DNA of 64,000 nucleotides from Oopsacas minuta (GCA_024704765.1 JAKMXF010000298.1:462050-526049); one strand, 5' to 3'. Positions 24,249 through 37,689 are shown, counted from the stretch's first letter. The notes: a model not told the origin generated them from the letters alone. Translations and numbers: made by a program.

Positions 24249-25203
24249 TCTCTCTACTGCAATAGGCGCAATCCTCCTTTTTGGCAAATTCAGGGCCATT
24301 AAAGAATGGAATTGTGCATGATAGTATCCACTGCGTAGAAGTAAAGTAATTAGATGCTTATTAATAAGTCAAAGTCAAGGGGCTTGTAACTCTCTAAATG
24401 GTCCGGGCCGTGGAAAAATATGGCCGACATCAATAAATGCAATATTCTCAACTAATCTGATCGAAAATCGATTCAATAAGTAGATATCGATCTCAAGACC
24501 TAATCTAACAACCACGAGGAAGTTAGACATCAGTGACAACATACAGAAGTCTGAAACTAACTAATAATGATAATCATGACAATATTAGTGCGGTAGCTAA
24601 ATCAGATGCGGGCGGTGGAGCTGAAATATGTTTCCAACTAACAGTGGATTAATATATTCTAATAATTGTGTACTTTGGTGAGTTCAACACTGCCAATATA
24701 AAACCCAATACAGGACCTTAGGCTCGGGTCCTGCCGGATTAATGGCATAGTATAATTATAATAGATTTAAGAGTACCAGAACGAATTTCTTTCTTGACAA
24801 TCCAATAGTATCGTTAGTTAAGGAAATATAGCAGTAAGTACGTCCTACATTGCTTTCAAAATGATACGTGTATATTACAAGTGTTAGAAGTTGTAACGTC
24901 AATTATTAAATATATCAGGTTTTCAAATGTTAAATAATTATTGAAGTAGCCCCACAGATAGAACACGACCTGGTCGAAAGGTAGTTTAGAACTAACCAAG
25001 GTAATATACTTAAAAGCGAGATATTAACGATAGAGCATATCTAACAAATGTATAGCAAATAACAACATTAATGTGTTATCAAATATAAAACACTACAACG
25101 TCGTTAGAATCTACGAGTATAGTATACGTAACCAGCCAATATAACCAAATCAATAATATGCATAAAAGAAGTAGCAAATTTGTTTTAGAAGCTCAGAGAG
25201 AAG

Positions 25204-25560
25204 CTACAGTCTCTTGTGTTTACCGATTAGCCATTTGCAGTTGGGACAACGATGCTCCACATCTTTTAGCGAATCGATAACACAGGGTATCCAGAAGCAA
25301 GGCCAGCAAATGAGTAGGAATATTATTAGAGAAATCAAGATTGTGAGTGTACCTACTACAAAGTTTACTTCAGTTGTCACATGTTTGTGGCAGTTAGGAC
25401 AGACACAAGCAACGGAGGATTCTCCGAAGCTAGTAGGGAGGATATTCACCACTTGAGGGGCAGGAGCGGGCACTGGTTGGGGTGGGTAAAGGTAGCCTGG
25501 ATTTTGTGGGGGAGGAGGTCCATAGGGAGGAGGTTGAATCAGAGGATCTTTCTCAGTCAT
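25204..25560 (-). CDS. LITAF-domain protein 3, intronless, 118 aa
   Basis: PPPY in a Pro-rich N-terminus; CPNC ... TM ... HRCPNC; closest of the three to canonical LITAF/CDIP1. Confidence 0.93.
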   Translation of the reverse strand: MTEKDPLIQPPPYGPPPPQNPGYLYPPQPVPAPAPQVVNILPTSFGESSVACVCPNCHKHVTTEVNFVVGTLTILISLIIFLLICWPCFWIPCVIDSLKDVEHRCPNCKWLIGKHKRL

Positions 25561-25889
25561 ACTAACTAACGATAATTAATAAATATTCATTTAATTATTG
25601 TCATCACATTGATACTTATATGTATACGTCATGCCCTGTAGATGGTTCAGTTGGTAAGAAGTCCATCTGACCAACATTGGACACTTAGTAAGATGTTAGT
25701 TAACCGGATAAATCTACGTTACCCGTATTAGGTAAACCTGACAAATTGAAAACTGATTGCTATATGCTGCTGGATTGTATAGGAGCAGTTCAAACGTTAC
25801 GTAACTTTACTTAGGGGGTGTCCAACCTGCATAACACCTTGTTTATGGTTTACGCTTCTAAATTTTTCATTTCCTGAGAGAACACTATA

Positions 25890-26126
25890 CCGTAGTCTGG
25901 GGCTACTTTGGCCTACTGGGTTTGCTTTAGCCCAAATATCAGAGTTTCAAAGAAACTAGATTAGATTCAGTATTATACTTGAATATGACTTGGCAAATTT
26001 TTAACGAATTTTCAAATATCGTTAGACAATTTCGAATACAAATACAATATCTATTCGATAGGTAAGGAAATTTCAATATTTGGGCTAAAGCAAACCCAGT
26101 GGGGCCAAAGTAGCCCCAGTTTACGG
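25890..26126. mobile_element. TA-flanked MITE with ~50-bp TIRs
   Basis: TA|ccgtagtctggggctactttggcctactgggtttgctttagcccaaatat ... atatttgggctaaagcaaacccagtggggccaaagtagccccagtttacgg|TA. Confidence 0.9.
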
Positions 26127-26839
26127 TACCTCAAATTGATCTCAAATAATGTAAGTTAAATATTATAAGCCTACCTGATTTAATCAATTAATAATATAAT
26201 TAGTACCATATTGTTGAGTTATATAAAGCTTCCCTAATTAGTACACTGGAGGCAAGTTAAATACTTCTAAAAATACAATGTGATAGATAGATAGACAAAT
26301 ATGGTATGCTAGATGTAATATGAGCAGAGGTGCCGGATGGATTATGGATAATGATGGCGGTCATGGTCTCACTCCGCAAAAAACGAGGGTAGATTTTTTG
26401 TTTATCAACGATTTGAATTTGAGATCCGTATTCCATATGGATATGTTATTCATATATGAAATGGATTACGGATTGGATTTGGACTATGATTTGGATCCAT
26501 CCGGCCTATATTGTACGTACATACCTAAATCAACTTATAGAATCTGATTCTATATTAAAATCTCTCTGAAGGAATTTGTTCAGTTGTTTATGTTACGCAA
26601 TTGAGCTCCATTTATGAAATAGGGAGCTGAATCTGGGCTCCAAAAGAATCGTGACACGGGGAAGAGAGGGACCCAAAATGCGTTTAGGGAATATTGCGTA
26701 CATGCATCACGTAACGTTTGAACGGTCCCTTATAGAGCACTGATTTAGCTATCTTCCAGAATAAATTGTACGTAGGTGCTTAGAAGATATAAACAGATAA
26801 TATGTATATATGCTTTAATATTTAAAGATAACTGGAATC

Positions 26840-26840
<1 letters not shown>

Positions 26841-26891
<51 letters not shown>
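26841..26891. repeat. (AAT)n microsatellite, about 17 units
   Basis: Uninterrupted taataataat... just 3' of the ANKEF1 stop. Confidence 0.95.
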
Positions 26892-26893
<2 letters not shown>

Positions 26894-26947
26894 TGATTGT
26901 AGAGTTGAAAAAGAATTACTCCACGGTTAATAAGTGATGGATAATAA

Positions 26948-29900
26948 CTACAGATCTTCTGTATCCATATGTTTAACACGAGCATCAATACTTATCGTAA
27001 AAGGAGATCTTATTTCACCGAAATCAACCACATCCTCTCCCTGACTCTCTCTCAGAGATTGTTGTCTCTTGAGAAATTCTTGGGTTGACGGAGGTCTAGA
27101 CCCCCAAGCGGTGGGAGGCTTGTTAACAGAGGGGAGAGTGGAACCTGGAGTGATCGTGTTGCCTGGATTTAAACTATGACGTAATAGATCAATCTTCTCC
27201 ATGGGTGTAGGGAGACGAGCTGGTGGATTAGTTTTAGGAGCCAATACACTTATTTGGTCTGGAGTTAGTTTAGGCATCGCATCATCCTCATCTTCCCCCT
27301 TTCCTTTTTTCTTTCCTTTCTCTTTCTTTCCTTTTCCCTTTTTCTCTTTCTTCTTCCCTTTCTTCTCTCCCTTCCCAGCTTTTTCTTCCTGTTTCTCTTC
27401 CTTAATTAATCCTCTAGCTACTAACAATGTATCACTATCTCCCCATTCATAGGCTATGTCCAGAGCAGTTTTTCCACTTTTGTTCCTGAGATCAGTCTTA
27501 GCACCTCTATCCAATAATAACTTAACCAAGTCAATCTTTGAGCTCTCCATAGCGCGCATCAGTGATGTACCTCCATGTATTGTCTGAGTGTTTATGTCAG
27601 CTCCTGATTCAATAAGACGCTGTACTATGTTTATGTGTCCTGCGTGCGATGCGTGGTGTATAGGTCGCCAGAGAAAGTTGTCAAACGCATTCACATCAGC
27701 ACCTAAAAGCGTAATAGGTTAGGACATATTTCAGAGAGGGATATTTTATCCGTTTTATTGGACATATGTTGAATACACAGATTTATCTAAGAGCGCTCCT
27801 TTTGGCGTTTGATTTAGAGCAAAAAGACTTCTCTATCCTCCAAAATTCATATCCTAATTACAGGAAGTAGCAAGCAGATACGTACATATAAATTATACAG
27901 GTTGACCTATACTATACAAATATATAGAGCCAATAAAGTTAGTCCCGTTAACTTCTAACTAACCGCACCAAGGGCCATGTGATTTAGCGTATGAAAATTA
28001 GAGAGAGGAGAGTAAGGATCGTGCTCCCACGGACCTGTAAAACACCCTAGTTGAGTGCCATGACCCTCCAAACCAAGGTTTCATCCAGCTTTTCTGAATC
28101 ATACGCCTAAAATGCTCCCATTCATTTTTATGCGAATTATACATGGAGTTACGAATTTCTACATCGTTATAGCCTAAATGTATCATTAAGAAGAACAAAT
28201 TAATTAATAGTACAAACCTCTCTCCAGCAACCAGTCAACAACATCAATCCGTCCGTGAGCACAAGCCATCATCAGAGGCGTCTTATTAAACTTGTCTCTA
28301 ATCTCAGTAGTAGCTATACCCCGAGTAAGGGCAGACTCTAGAGACACAAAGTCTGCCTGTTTAACCGCATCATATATGTTAAGATACTGTTTGTCAGGCT
28401 CAGGCATGTACCAATGGGAGTCATCTTGTGAAGGGTTAGACACCGGAGCATCTCGCGGAAATCTAATCGGATCTGAGCAATACTCCTCTTTTAAAATCAT
28501 ATGGTCAGGTATATCAGGACGAGGACCACTCTTGGGAGTGATTGGAATGTCAAATGGTATCTTTAACTTTTTCCCTTTCTTTCCGCCTTTCTTGCCTTTC
28601 TTACCCTTCTTGCCTTTCTGAGATTTTCCTAGAGATTTTCAAAATATCATAATCATTTACATATATATACACCGAAGTAACATACAGTGTGTTACTGTAT
28701 TTGTGTAATCATAGCTATGGTGTAATAGAAGCTATAATAAATTATTAATCTGAGGACCGCGATTATTACTTCGATATAACCAATAAGTAACTTTAACGGT
28801 TTGGGGTCAAATTTTAAGACTTCGAAATAAGCAGATGTACATGTGTCTGTGTTGGAACAAGGAAGTTAGGAGCCTATAATTAGCCCACCTCAACCAGACG
28901 TAATGTTAGTGTATTCTAAATTGGAACTGATCAAAATTCTCAATCGAGGCTTTCGCATTATTAAACCCGAATTTCCTTATTAAAATGACAGAATTAATTT
29001 ATTAGTATCTATGGATATATTGTAATCCCACCAGTTAAATCATTAGCTGATATCTTATATGAGAAGTGTAAGTATTTGTTCTCTTGTAAGAAGGTCTTGA
29101 AGGGAACAGGAATATCTTTATTCTTAGTCAAGAGATTTAGGAGATTTTCTAGTTCGTCTTTCTCAGCAGGAGCACCAACTTCTAACAGACACTAAATGAA
29201 ATGAAAATTTGTAATTACCCTTAGAAAAAAGGTGTGAAAATGTAATTAATCATATGATAAAGCTGTATATTTGTAACTTTCAGACTCTGAAAATCTCAAA
29301 ATCGGACTCTACGCACCAAACTACCCCTGACAACATGTGGAAACATAATCTCTAGCATCCTTTTGAATTTTACGTAGAAAGGTGTGAACTGTGAAAATAT
29401 ACACATTAGAAAATTTCAAATTTCAGGTACTCAACTAGAGGGCACTACGACAGTATTTAAATGAATCAGCACTCGGTGAGTATTTTTTTTCGTGAAGACG
29501 ATAACCCCAGTGCTTATTGAGGTTAAAATATTTTCAATTTCGTGTAGAACTATCCTCTGGTGTGTATTCAGAGGTTTATGGTACCGGAATACTACCAATG
29601 AGATTATATAAAAGGCCATTGAAATGATAAACTTGTTCCAGCTCTGCATGACACCTATGTGCATGCTTGCATGTGGCATTTCCTCATAAGTATCTCATTA
29701 TTTTATGACGTAGCAGAGACAAATTTGCTAAGTGATCTCCATTGTCCTGTCTTGTATAATATTGTATATAGCTGAATTGTATAGAGTAATGGCGAAATCA
29801 ATATCCGTTGTCTATGCGTTGAAATAATTTAGTAACGGAAGGTGGGCTAAATTAGCTAAATTAGTAAATAGCCAGTAAATTATGAGACTAACATTAATTA

Positions 29901-32032
29901 ATTCTGGCTTAGACAACTCTCCCTTTCCTTCTACATCTACTTTCTTGAGTTGAGTATATAGATCGTACTTGTTAACTTGAATCCAGTCGTACAGCTGTAC
30001 TAACCAGGCTTCTGAATAACCTTTAGGATTACCTCCGCTGAGTACTTTATCTTGCTGATCTCCCAGTTTCTTTAAATCTTTTCCAATAGCTTTACTACCA
30101 AGAGACAAGGCAATCTGCTTAGCTAACAATCCTTCCGTATTCTCTTGTGAACACGGAGCACCACGCTGTGCAAGGAACTTACAGGTCAGCTGATCAGGTA
30201 GAGATGCAGCTAGATGGAGCGGTGTATTATGATCAGGATGAGATGTGACAGAGAAGTCAGCTCGGTAACCAGATAAAGTAGTTAGGACGCCAAAACTTCT
30301 AGATTGTGAAGCGTAGTGTGCTGATGTCCAACCACGAGAATCCGCGGCCTAAAGAATAATTGAAATATATACAATGGAGTCTCCCAATAACGAACATATT
30401 GAGGATTAGATTTGTCATTTGTAGGTGAGATGTCCGCTATTTACATGTATTATTAACATATTTCGTTCCTCCAGCTTGTCAGTTGTAGAGACGTTATCCG
30501 CTTTTCGGAGTGTCCCTTTTGGAGACTCCAATGTAAATGATAGGCAAAATAGTAGTACTATATAGAATGAAATTATATTCTCCACCCAGCATCACAGGAT
30601 CTGGCTTACCCAAGGTCAGGATTTTCAGATCTGGGAAAAATGCCCCGTTTACCCCCGCTAGGACAGCCACTACTCACTAACAGCTAATTAGTTTAAAATA
30701 GGTAATATTGTATTTTTACTAAAAAGTGCTCAGTAATTGAGGATGGATTATTTTATCAAACCTACCAACCTGTAAGTCAGCCCCTGCATGAGCTAGCACT
30801 CGTACACACTCTGAATGTCCTGCTTCAGAACTAATCATCAGGGCAGTCTTACCAGATTTCTTAATACAACTGTTTGCAGATGCTCCTTTAGCTAACAGAA
30901 TTTCAGCTGCCTTCGATTCTCCTGCTTGACAAGCTGCAAGAAGAACTGGAAAACCATCTGAGGATCGAACCTATAGAAATCCAACTTGTTAATAAGTTTT
31001 TAAGCATGGCAATACACCCACTATATTTATAATTCACACCTGTCCTGTATCCTGTATCCTGTATCCTGTATTCATATGATTCTCGCAAACTGAGACATAT
31101 ATCGGCGGGAATATGAAATCTAAGGGTTTGTCAATGGAAATCCAGGAAGCTATTTTATTAAATTTCAATTGTTGTCTGTCAGGTTATCCGTTCTCAAGAA
31201 AAATTATGGAATTTGAATTCGAAATTCGCAATCTGAGATAACTATGTATTTTATCGCAGTTATCAAGAAATAGAAAATAATTCATTAGAACGTAAATAAT
31301 ATATCGCAAATGCTAAATCCGATTTTCACACTTTATATTTCATCCTATTAAAGGGTGTTGGGAAGTGTAAAATTGTACTATATTGTACAATTTTGTAATT
31401 GTAACATATGTGTTGCTACGAATAAAAACTCTTAAAGTTATTTATGAATATATAACTAACAAAATAATGAAATCTCAAACCTAATATATAATAAGGCCAT
31501 GTCAAATAAATTACTTATTTCTCATCAGGAATTATTTCGGAAACTGGGAAGGTGGGCGGGCGGGCGGTTATTATGCTTGTATGTATGCTAGAGTAATTAC
31601 CTGATTAGGATCTGCTCCTGCTTCCAGGAGTTTCTCAATACACACACAATGTCTGTTAGTAGACTTCAGACAGTAGAACAATACATTACTCCCAGTAGCG
31701 TCTAATGACTTAACCTCTGCTCCTTTCTCCAATAGAGTATCTAACGACTGTATATGTCCGTAATCAGCTGCCACCATGATAGGGCGTACCCCTTCCTTCG
31801 CCTCCAGATTAATATCAGCTCCCTGCTCCAGGAGGATACCAGTCAGCTGATCATAGTTGTATCTGACTGCTACGTGTAAGGCTGCCTCTCCGGTCAAAGG
31901 ATCCTGTAGATTCAACAGACCAGGTACTCCATAGAGGAGCATTTTGTAGAGTTGGTTAGCGTCATTGTTACGGATAGCTTGAGCGAGTTTCTTCACTTGT
32001 AAAACCTCGAGACGGCTGTTAGCACATGGCAT
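26948..32032 (-). CDS. ANKEF1: Ankyrin repeat and EF-hand domain-containing protein 1 (6 exons, 804 aa)
   Basis: Exons 32032-31601, 30970-30770, 30348-29893, 29191-29032, 28628-28218, 27702-26948 join in frame with GT-AG ends (phases 0,0,0,1,1). RLEVLQV, VLFYCLKSTNRH, LYDW, KGKKGK, QDDSHWY, KTPLMMAC, DNFLWRPIHHA follow the ANKEF1 layout. Confidence 0.9.
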
Positions 32033-32369
32033 TCTAATGTATTAAATTCTATGCAATATTATATAATAATTATTCGAAGTCGATACGGAATCTATTTAAG
32101 AATCCTCGAATATTTACACAAATAGAAAAGCATTGATGTAAGATCCTATATTTCCAAAAATGGGAATATATCTAAAGTTAATTGCTCAGCAATAAAGGAT
32201 GAAATTATAAATTAGTCAGAGTCACTGTAGTCAAGAAATACGTTTCATAAAAGTCTATCTAACTCAGATATAAGATAACTAATATTCCCTGCGGATAGTG
32301 GTTTGCTGTACTCTAACAGTTTAACAACAGTAAAGGTTTGAAACCGAAATTTGTTAGAACAAGTCGTCT

Positions 32370-32886
32370 TGCTCAATGCCAGGTAATTCGTAGTTGAATT
32401 GTGATATCAGTTTCCAGATACTTGGGCGGGCTTCTCCGGTCAGCTAGAGGTGGAAACCGCGTGTTAAATTTTGCCTTTTCTGACTTCAGATAATCAATAT
32501 CCACCATGTTTATGACTTCCAAAATTTTAGGTATACTCAGGGTGTTACCAGGAAATATGAAATTCTAATCAGAGCAGTATATGGTCATTTAATCATTAAT
32601 ATTCGGTCAAAGTGTACTATCCAAACAATTCGAAAATCCCCCCCTAGTAAAAATATATTCTACTCGATCGGGCCTTTTCAAATGGAAAAGTAAGTCGATT
32701 ATGTTACTGAATTTTGGCGGGTAAAGCTAAGCTCTAATTGTCTAGTATATAAGTTGCGGGAACTGACCGAAAGAGAAAAGGATAAAGATATGTAAATACT
32801 AATTATCTGATTTCAGAAAAGACAAAGTCATAGTATCTCGAAACTGATACCACAATTCAACTCTACGAACTACCTGGCACTGATCA
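32370..32886. mobile_element. Foldback/MITE-like element with ~50-bp imperfect terminal inverted repeats
   Basis: tgccaggtaattcgtagttgaattgtgatatcagtttccagatact vs agtatctcgaaactgataccacaattcaactctacgaactacctggca. Confidence 0.7.
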
Positions 32887-33235
32887 CTGAGTAAGGAGGA
32901 CAACTTGTTCTATCAAAATCCGGCTTCAATTCCTAACTGTATGAGAGTAAAGCGAAACTATATTTTCGGTGCTTTGTGCCCTACCTATGATAATATACGA
33001 CTTGAGAAACATTATATACAATATCACTGACATTACACACTGTACAAATATATACATATTTCAAATGACATCATATCTCGTATAGTATGTGGCTGTATAA
33101 TCCCATGAAATTTGTAGATAAGACTGCTTCAATGCCCTGTCCCTGTGTCCTTCCCATCTCTTCCGAAACCCTAGGAAATTCCACACAAGTAAGTAGAAGA
33201 TAAAAAGAACATAGCAAACATTAACAAGTTCAAAA

Positions 33236-34153
33236 TCAGCACAATCTTCTACCATCCAACCATGCAGAGTGAATCCGTCTTAAATTTATAGGAGTAATAT
33301 AGTGTTGTAACCAAGTAGTAGCATCACAGTTATTTCCCAAGGGTATAATTCGTTCATCTTGTAAAAAACTAAGTTTGAGAGGAGCAACCCAAGATCCTAA
33401 AGAGGTATCCTCATTGTGGTGATGCATAAATTTATCTGAATTATATGATAGGTACTTTACAATATCTTGAGTCAGTATGTATCCAACACCAGTAGGAAAG
33501 TCCAAATAATAGAGACACAGAAACCAAACAAATTCAGACCATTTGCCTTCTGTGTGTGGGACAGATAGATGGTGAAAATTCCCAACAATCGCTCTACTAA
33601 CAGGTAAACCTTCATTGGTAAGAACTTGATATAAGTTGTCAATAACAACATAACTATCATCATCAGTCTTAAGATAATAGACAGCATCTATGTGTTTGTC
33701 TGCCCATGTGAAAGCTTGCAACACTTTCCTGGATAACTTAGTGTATACCTCTTCTACACCATCTAACATTATAATATCTCCAAATGTATCTCTTTCCTTT
33801 AGAACTAATGACAAATCTGATTGAGATACTCGTTTATTTCCTATTGCAAATGAATATTTGATAGAATCATAGTTACTGACTGTTTTCCCCCATGTATTTC
33901 TGATGGCGTCCCTCTGAGGGTAATTGAGTGGAGCACTGACTACGATTATGTAAAGAAGGTAAGGATCTGGTTTCGATACTATTTCAGGAACTTCGGTTTT
34001 CTTTTCAAGATATTCTAACACTTTCCTTGGATTTTCATAAACTTTTACTTGGCAATTTGTATCACTATTCCAATCATGTAACACTATATACAAAGTTTGC
34101 ATTGCAGAAAGAACAATCAGTACGAATAGATAAATCCGGAGTTTTTTAATCAT
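33236..34153 (-). CDS. GT31 beta-1,3-galactosyltransferase (B3GALT6-like), copy A, 305 aa
   Basis: Type II TM anchor; RDAIRNTW, YYLKTDDDSYV, FPTGVGYIL, EDTSLGSWVAP. ATG 34153 chosen by alignment with copies C and D. Confidence 0.92.
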   Translation of the reverse strand: MIKKLRIYLFVLIVLSAMQTLYIVLHDWNSDTNCQVKVYENPRKVLEYLEKKTEVPEIVSKPDPYLLYIIVVSAPLNYPQRDAIRNTWGKTVSNYDSIKYSFAIGNKRVSQSDLSLVLKERDTFGDIIMLDGVEEVYTKLSRKVLQAFTWADKHIDAVYYLKTDDDSYVVIDNLYQVLTNEGLPVSRAIVGNFHHLSVPHTEGKWSEFVWFLCLYYLDFPTGVGYILTQDIVKYLSYNSDKFMHHHNEDTSLGSWVAPLKLSFLQDERIIPLGNNCDATTWLQHYITPINLRRIHSAWLDGRRLC

Positions 34154-35828
34154 CTCTTGTAGAATACTAATGTTATACACAATACAATGATTCATACGCA
34201 TGGTGACAGTTGATCGCTAGTGCCACATTTTGCCCACCGACATTTTATGTTTCACGATCTGGTACGGATATCTCTGATAATTGGATAAAACACCTCTCAC
34301 GAAAATATTAGTCGATTCGAATTAGTCCGTGGATACATAATATTTCATTAAAATAGGTACAACCATAGGCTTCGGGATAGCCTGACTGAGGGGACGCTGT
34401 CTTCAAATTACATATAATTGTTAGTACTATGGTTATTGGAGAACGAAATGTCCGTTTAGTGACGTATACGGAGATAACTAATCCTGGAAATGACTCGAGC
34501 CCAAATAGATAATTATTGATTTTTCTAATGCAAGAAAACTGTCTCAAGTCTCAACATTACAATATTATTGCCCAAATAGAGGGAGAAGATTCACAACATA
34601 CATATAAGCTATATGGGTGTAATCAGAATTAATTCGTTATATCCGATTTGATTCAAACGACAGTTTTCTGTCAACGTATTCACGCATGTGAATAACATAG
34701 GTGCTAACTGCTAGCATGGCGTAACACCTATCCGTTAGGGATTCATTTCAAAATTCCGTTAAATGAACCAAAATGTACAGTTAAGGAACTAAACAACCGT
34801 GAAATTTACAAGGGCTACAGTGGATAGGATCCCTACATTTAGGATGTAAGATCTATCCTTGAGATTTCCTTAGGAACTGTTGAATTTCGCAGGTTTTTGT
34901 ACTGAAAAGGATGGCTAAAAGGAATTATACCCACCATGATAGTGGTAATTTCGTTGTGAATCACTGTTATACCGCCGAATTCCCAGAGAATTTTAAAATG
35001 ATGAGGTAAAAATCAGGGTGAGATTGCGTTCAATCCGTGAGACTTAACAAATATGCATACCCATGGGTGTGGAATGGGTACATGGGAATCCAATAGAAAT
35101 TTACAGTCTCATATGGAATTCATACCTACATTCAAAGAATAATTTACTTTCTAAGATTAAGTTTCCTCATCACTATCAACATTTTGTCCTTGTTTTGACT
35201 TCATCCTAATTGAATGCTTTTACAGATAATTTTGTTCACTTGAAATGCGATGTATTAGCGAACTTAGTGTGTTTGTGAACACACCAGATTCATATGGTGT
35301 ATATAGCCAGTATGGGGATCCAAATCAGGGCTCTGTCTATACTTACTGCAAAATCCTTGGTCTTTTTACGAAAAATTAATACTAATTCGTGCATCTCAGT
35401 CTTGTGAAGTACACTTTCCAACCTTCGTCACATACATCATTGGACAGAGCATAATTTCCCCTGGACACCAGAAAATTCCAAATTGTTTGAAATCATCTTT
35501 AGCTTATACAATTAAGGTGACATACCCTTTGTCCCAGGTGTCAATTGTGGCAGAGTGTCCCAATACCTTTGGCCAGGTAGTGTATATGGCATCAATATAT
35601 TCTATTTAAAATTATTATGAGGAATAATACTTTATACTTTAGAAGATACGTATATTTATACTTATACAAGACATAATTGTAAATAATTCTCTTCGTGACT
35701 TTCCCATGAAATATGATTCAGCCAAGACTACCTCACTACCGAGAACACTCCTACCGCGTTCTAAATTCAATCTAGGGATTCTAAAAACAATTAGATAGAT
35801 TACATCATAGCAAGCATTAAGTTCAAAA

Positions 35829-36020
35829 TCAGCACAATCTTCTACCATCCAACCATGCAGAGTGAATCCGTCTTAAATATATAGGAGTAGTATAGTGTTG
35901 TAACCAAGTAGTAGCATCAGTTATTTCCCAAGGGTATAATTCTTTCATCTTGTAAAAAACTAAGGTTGAGAGGAGCAACCTACGATGCTAATGAAGTATC
36001 TTCATTGTTCTAATGTATAG
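35829..36020 (-). pseudogene. GT31 3' fragment (copy B), derived from copy A
   Basis: Matches the last ~190 nt of copy A plus some 3' flank; TGG>TAG in the SWVAP codons and a 2-nt deletion (aataactg[tg]atgct). Confidence 0.88.
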
Positions 36021-36584
36021 TTTCCCATAGAACAATTAGTGGTAAGAGAAGAGCTAAAAATCTAGGAACCGAAGATTATATTTCGGAATATTATCTTAGG
36101 CCACCAACATATTCTATGTACCACAAGTCTAGTGGAAGATTATAGTTGGTGACAAAATCTTTGAAATCTTGGCTGCCAATGATGGATAATTCGCCTCTCC
36201 AAGTAAAAATGGCCAAATGATTCCCCTGTAACGGAATTGAACCGCTTGAGAGTATTACTTAGAATAGCCTATGCGTTCCTAATGGTAATTTTCGGCATCT
36301 TTGAGAAAGGTAATTTCTAGTAAGGTATCCGTTGGGGAAGATAATGAATTTTACCACTAATTAGCAAAAAAGAGAACTTGTTTGAAACATAGTAAATAGG
36401 TATATAAATACAGATGATTTCGTTCATGGTAAATTATTAATAAACAAAAATTTACAATTCCGAATATACGTATATATTACAATTTATTAGGCCTACAAGA
36501 AACCATAGGAGCGTCTCTCAGGGAATTCTATTAATATATGTTAATTTGGTAATTGAGCTAACTGAGCAATCAGTTTCAATAGCC

Positions 36585-36715
36585 GCTCAACTATAGCATA
36601 GTACAGTTTGTCATACAAAAACCCCATGCCCTCATTCCAAAAGGTGACTTTCATTAGGCCTACAAATGACCTTTCCTCGAACATAGAAAAGCTAATACAC
36701 AAAATTTATAGTATG
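36585..36715 (+). repeat. Dispersed ~130-bp repeat (second copy 55185-55310)
   Basis: atacaaaa.ccccat.ccctcatt..aaaaggtgactttcattaggccta...atgacctttcctcgaacatag.aaagctaatacacaaaat present at both sites. Confidence 0.85.
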
Positions 36716-37689
36716 CATAAATGTCCGAATTTATAGTATGCATCTGTCCGACTGAAGTATGCATTTATCCGAATTTTTTAATATGTATTTGTCCGACATT
36801 TTCTCGTATTATTGATTATTCCTGCTGAAAATTGGGGATTGGGATTTTTTTCGCATTTTTTCTGGGGGAATTGACTTCCCATGATTTCTATTCAAATTTA
36901 GCGGCGATTTGATCGTTTCTATTGCCGCATTTAACTAGATGGACTGCAAATGTTGTAAATATGGCCCTGATTCAGAAGATCTTCATCACTACAAATCACA
37001 GGATAGGATTTACTGTCATTAGTTACTGGTATTTTCGTCGTACAGTTTCTGGCTTTCATTCTCACTTTATACTGAGCCTGAGGCTTTTACCTGCAGCTAG
37101 TTTCTTCCTGTTTCCTTCATTCAAGCCTTCTGTCGGACAAATGCATGCGTCCCTGATATTTCCAGCAAATAGAAATATTATAAAGATCTGAAATGTATAA
37201 ATCTCCACAAAAAGTATAGCAATTAAAAAATAATGGTAAATGCCTTGACATCACGATTTTGGCAAAATAGATACTCATCATGGGATTATTACCTCATCAC
37301 ATAGGCTAATGTGCATAAGGGACGATACACATGTGCATAAAATGCAAATTGTGGATACTAGAGGATAGCAAATACATTATCATCGGTGCATTTGAAACCA
37401 TTAAATATCGGAAATGACAGAAATGCAAGCCCTAAGTCAAACTCAATTGAATATTCAACCATTTTTACCCTACCAATACCGCTAACCTTTGATGACAAAC
37501 TTTCTTCTGTGTATAGTCAACAACTCTCTCAAGGATTTCTATTACCACCACCTCTCGTACCAGAACAGCAAAAAGTGTGCCCAAGGTTATCTATTCAATA
37601 GAGAAGATGAATTATCACATGAGAGAATTCTCATAATATTGTATTTAGAAAATGATATTTTAGAGTATAAAGATCATAAAGGTTGTATA

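Noticed and set aside
25630-25700. tRNA A-box-like gatggttcagttggtaag
   Set aside because: No B box, T arm or acceptor stem.
35553-35583. Tc1-like terminal sequence (minus strand tacactacctggccaaaggtattgggacac)
   Set aside because: No partner TIR or transposase ORF found, so an element cannot be delimited.
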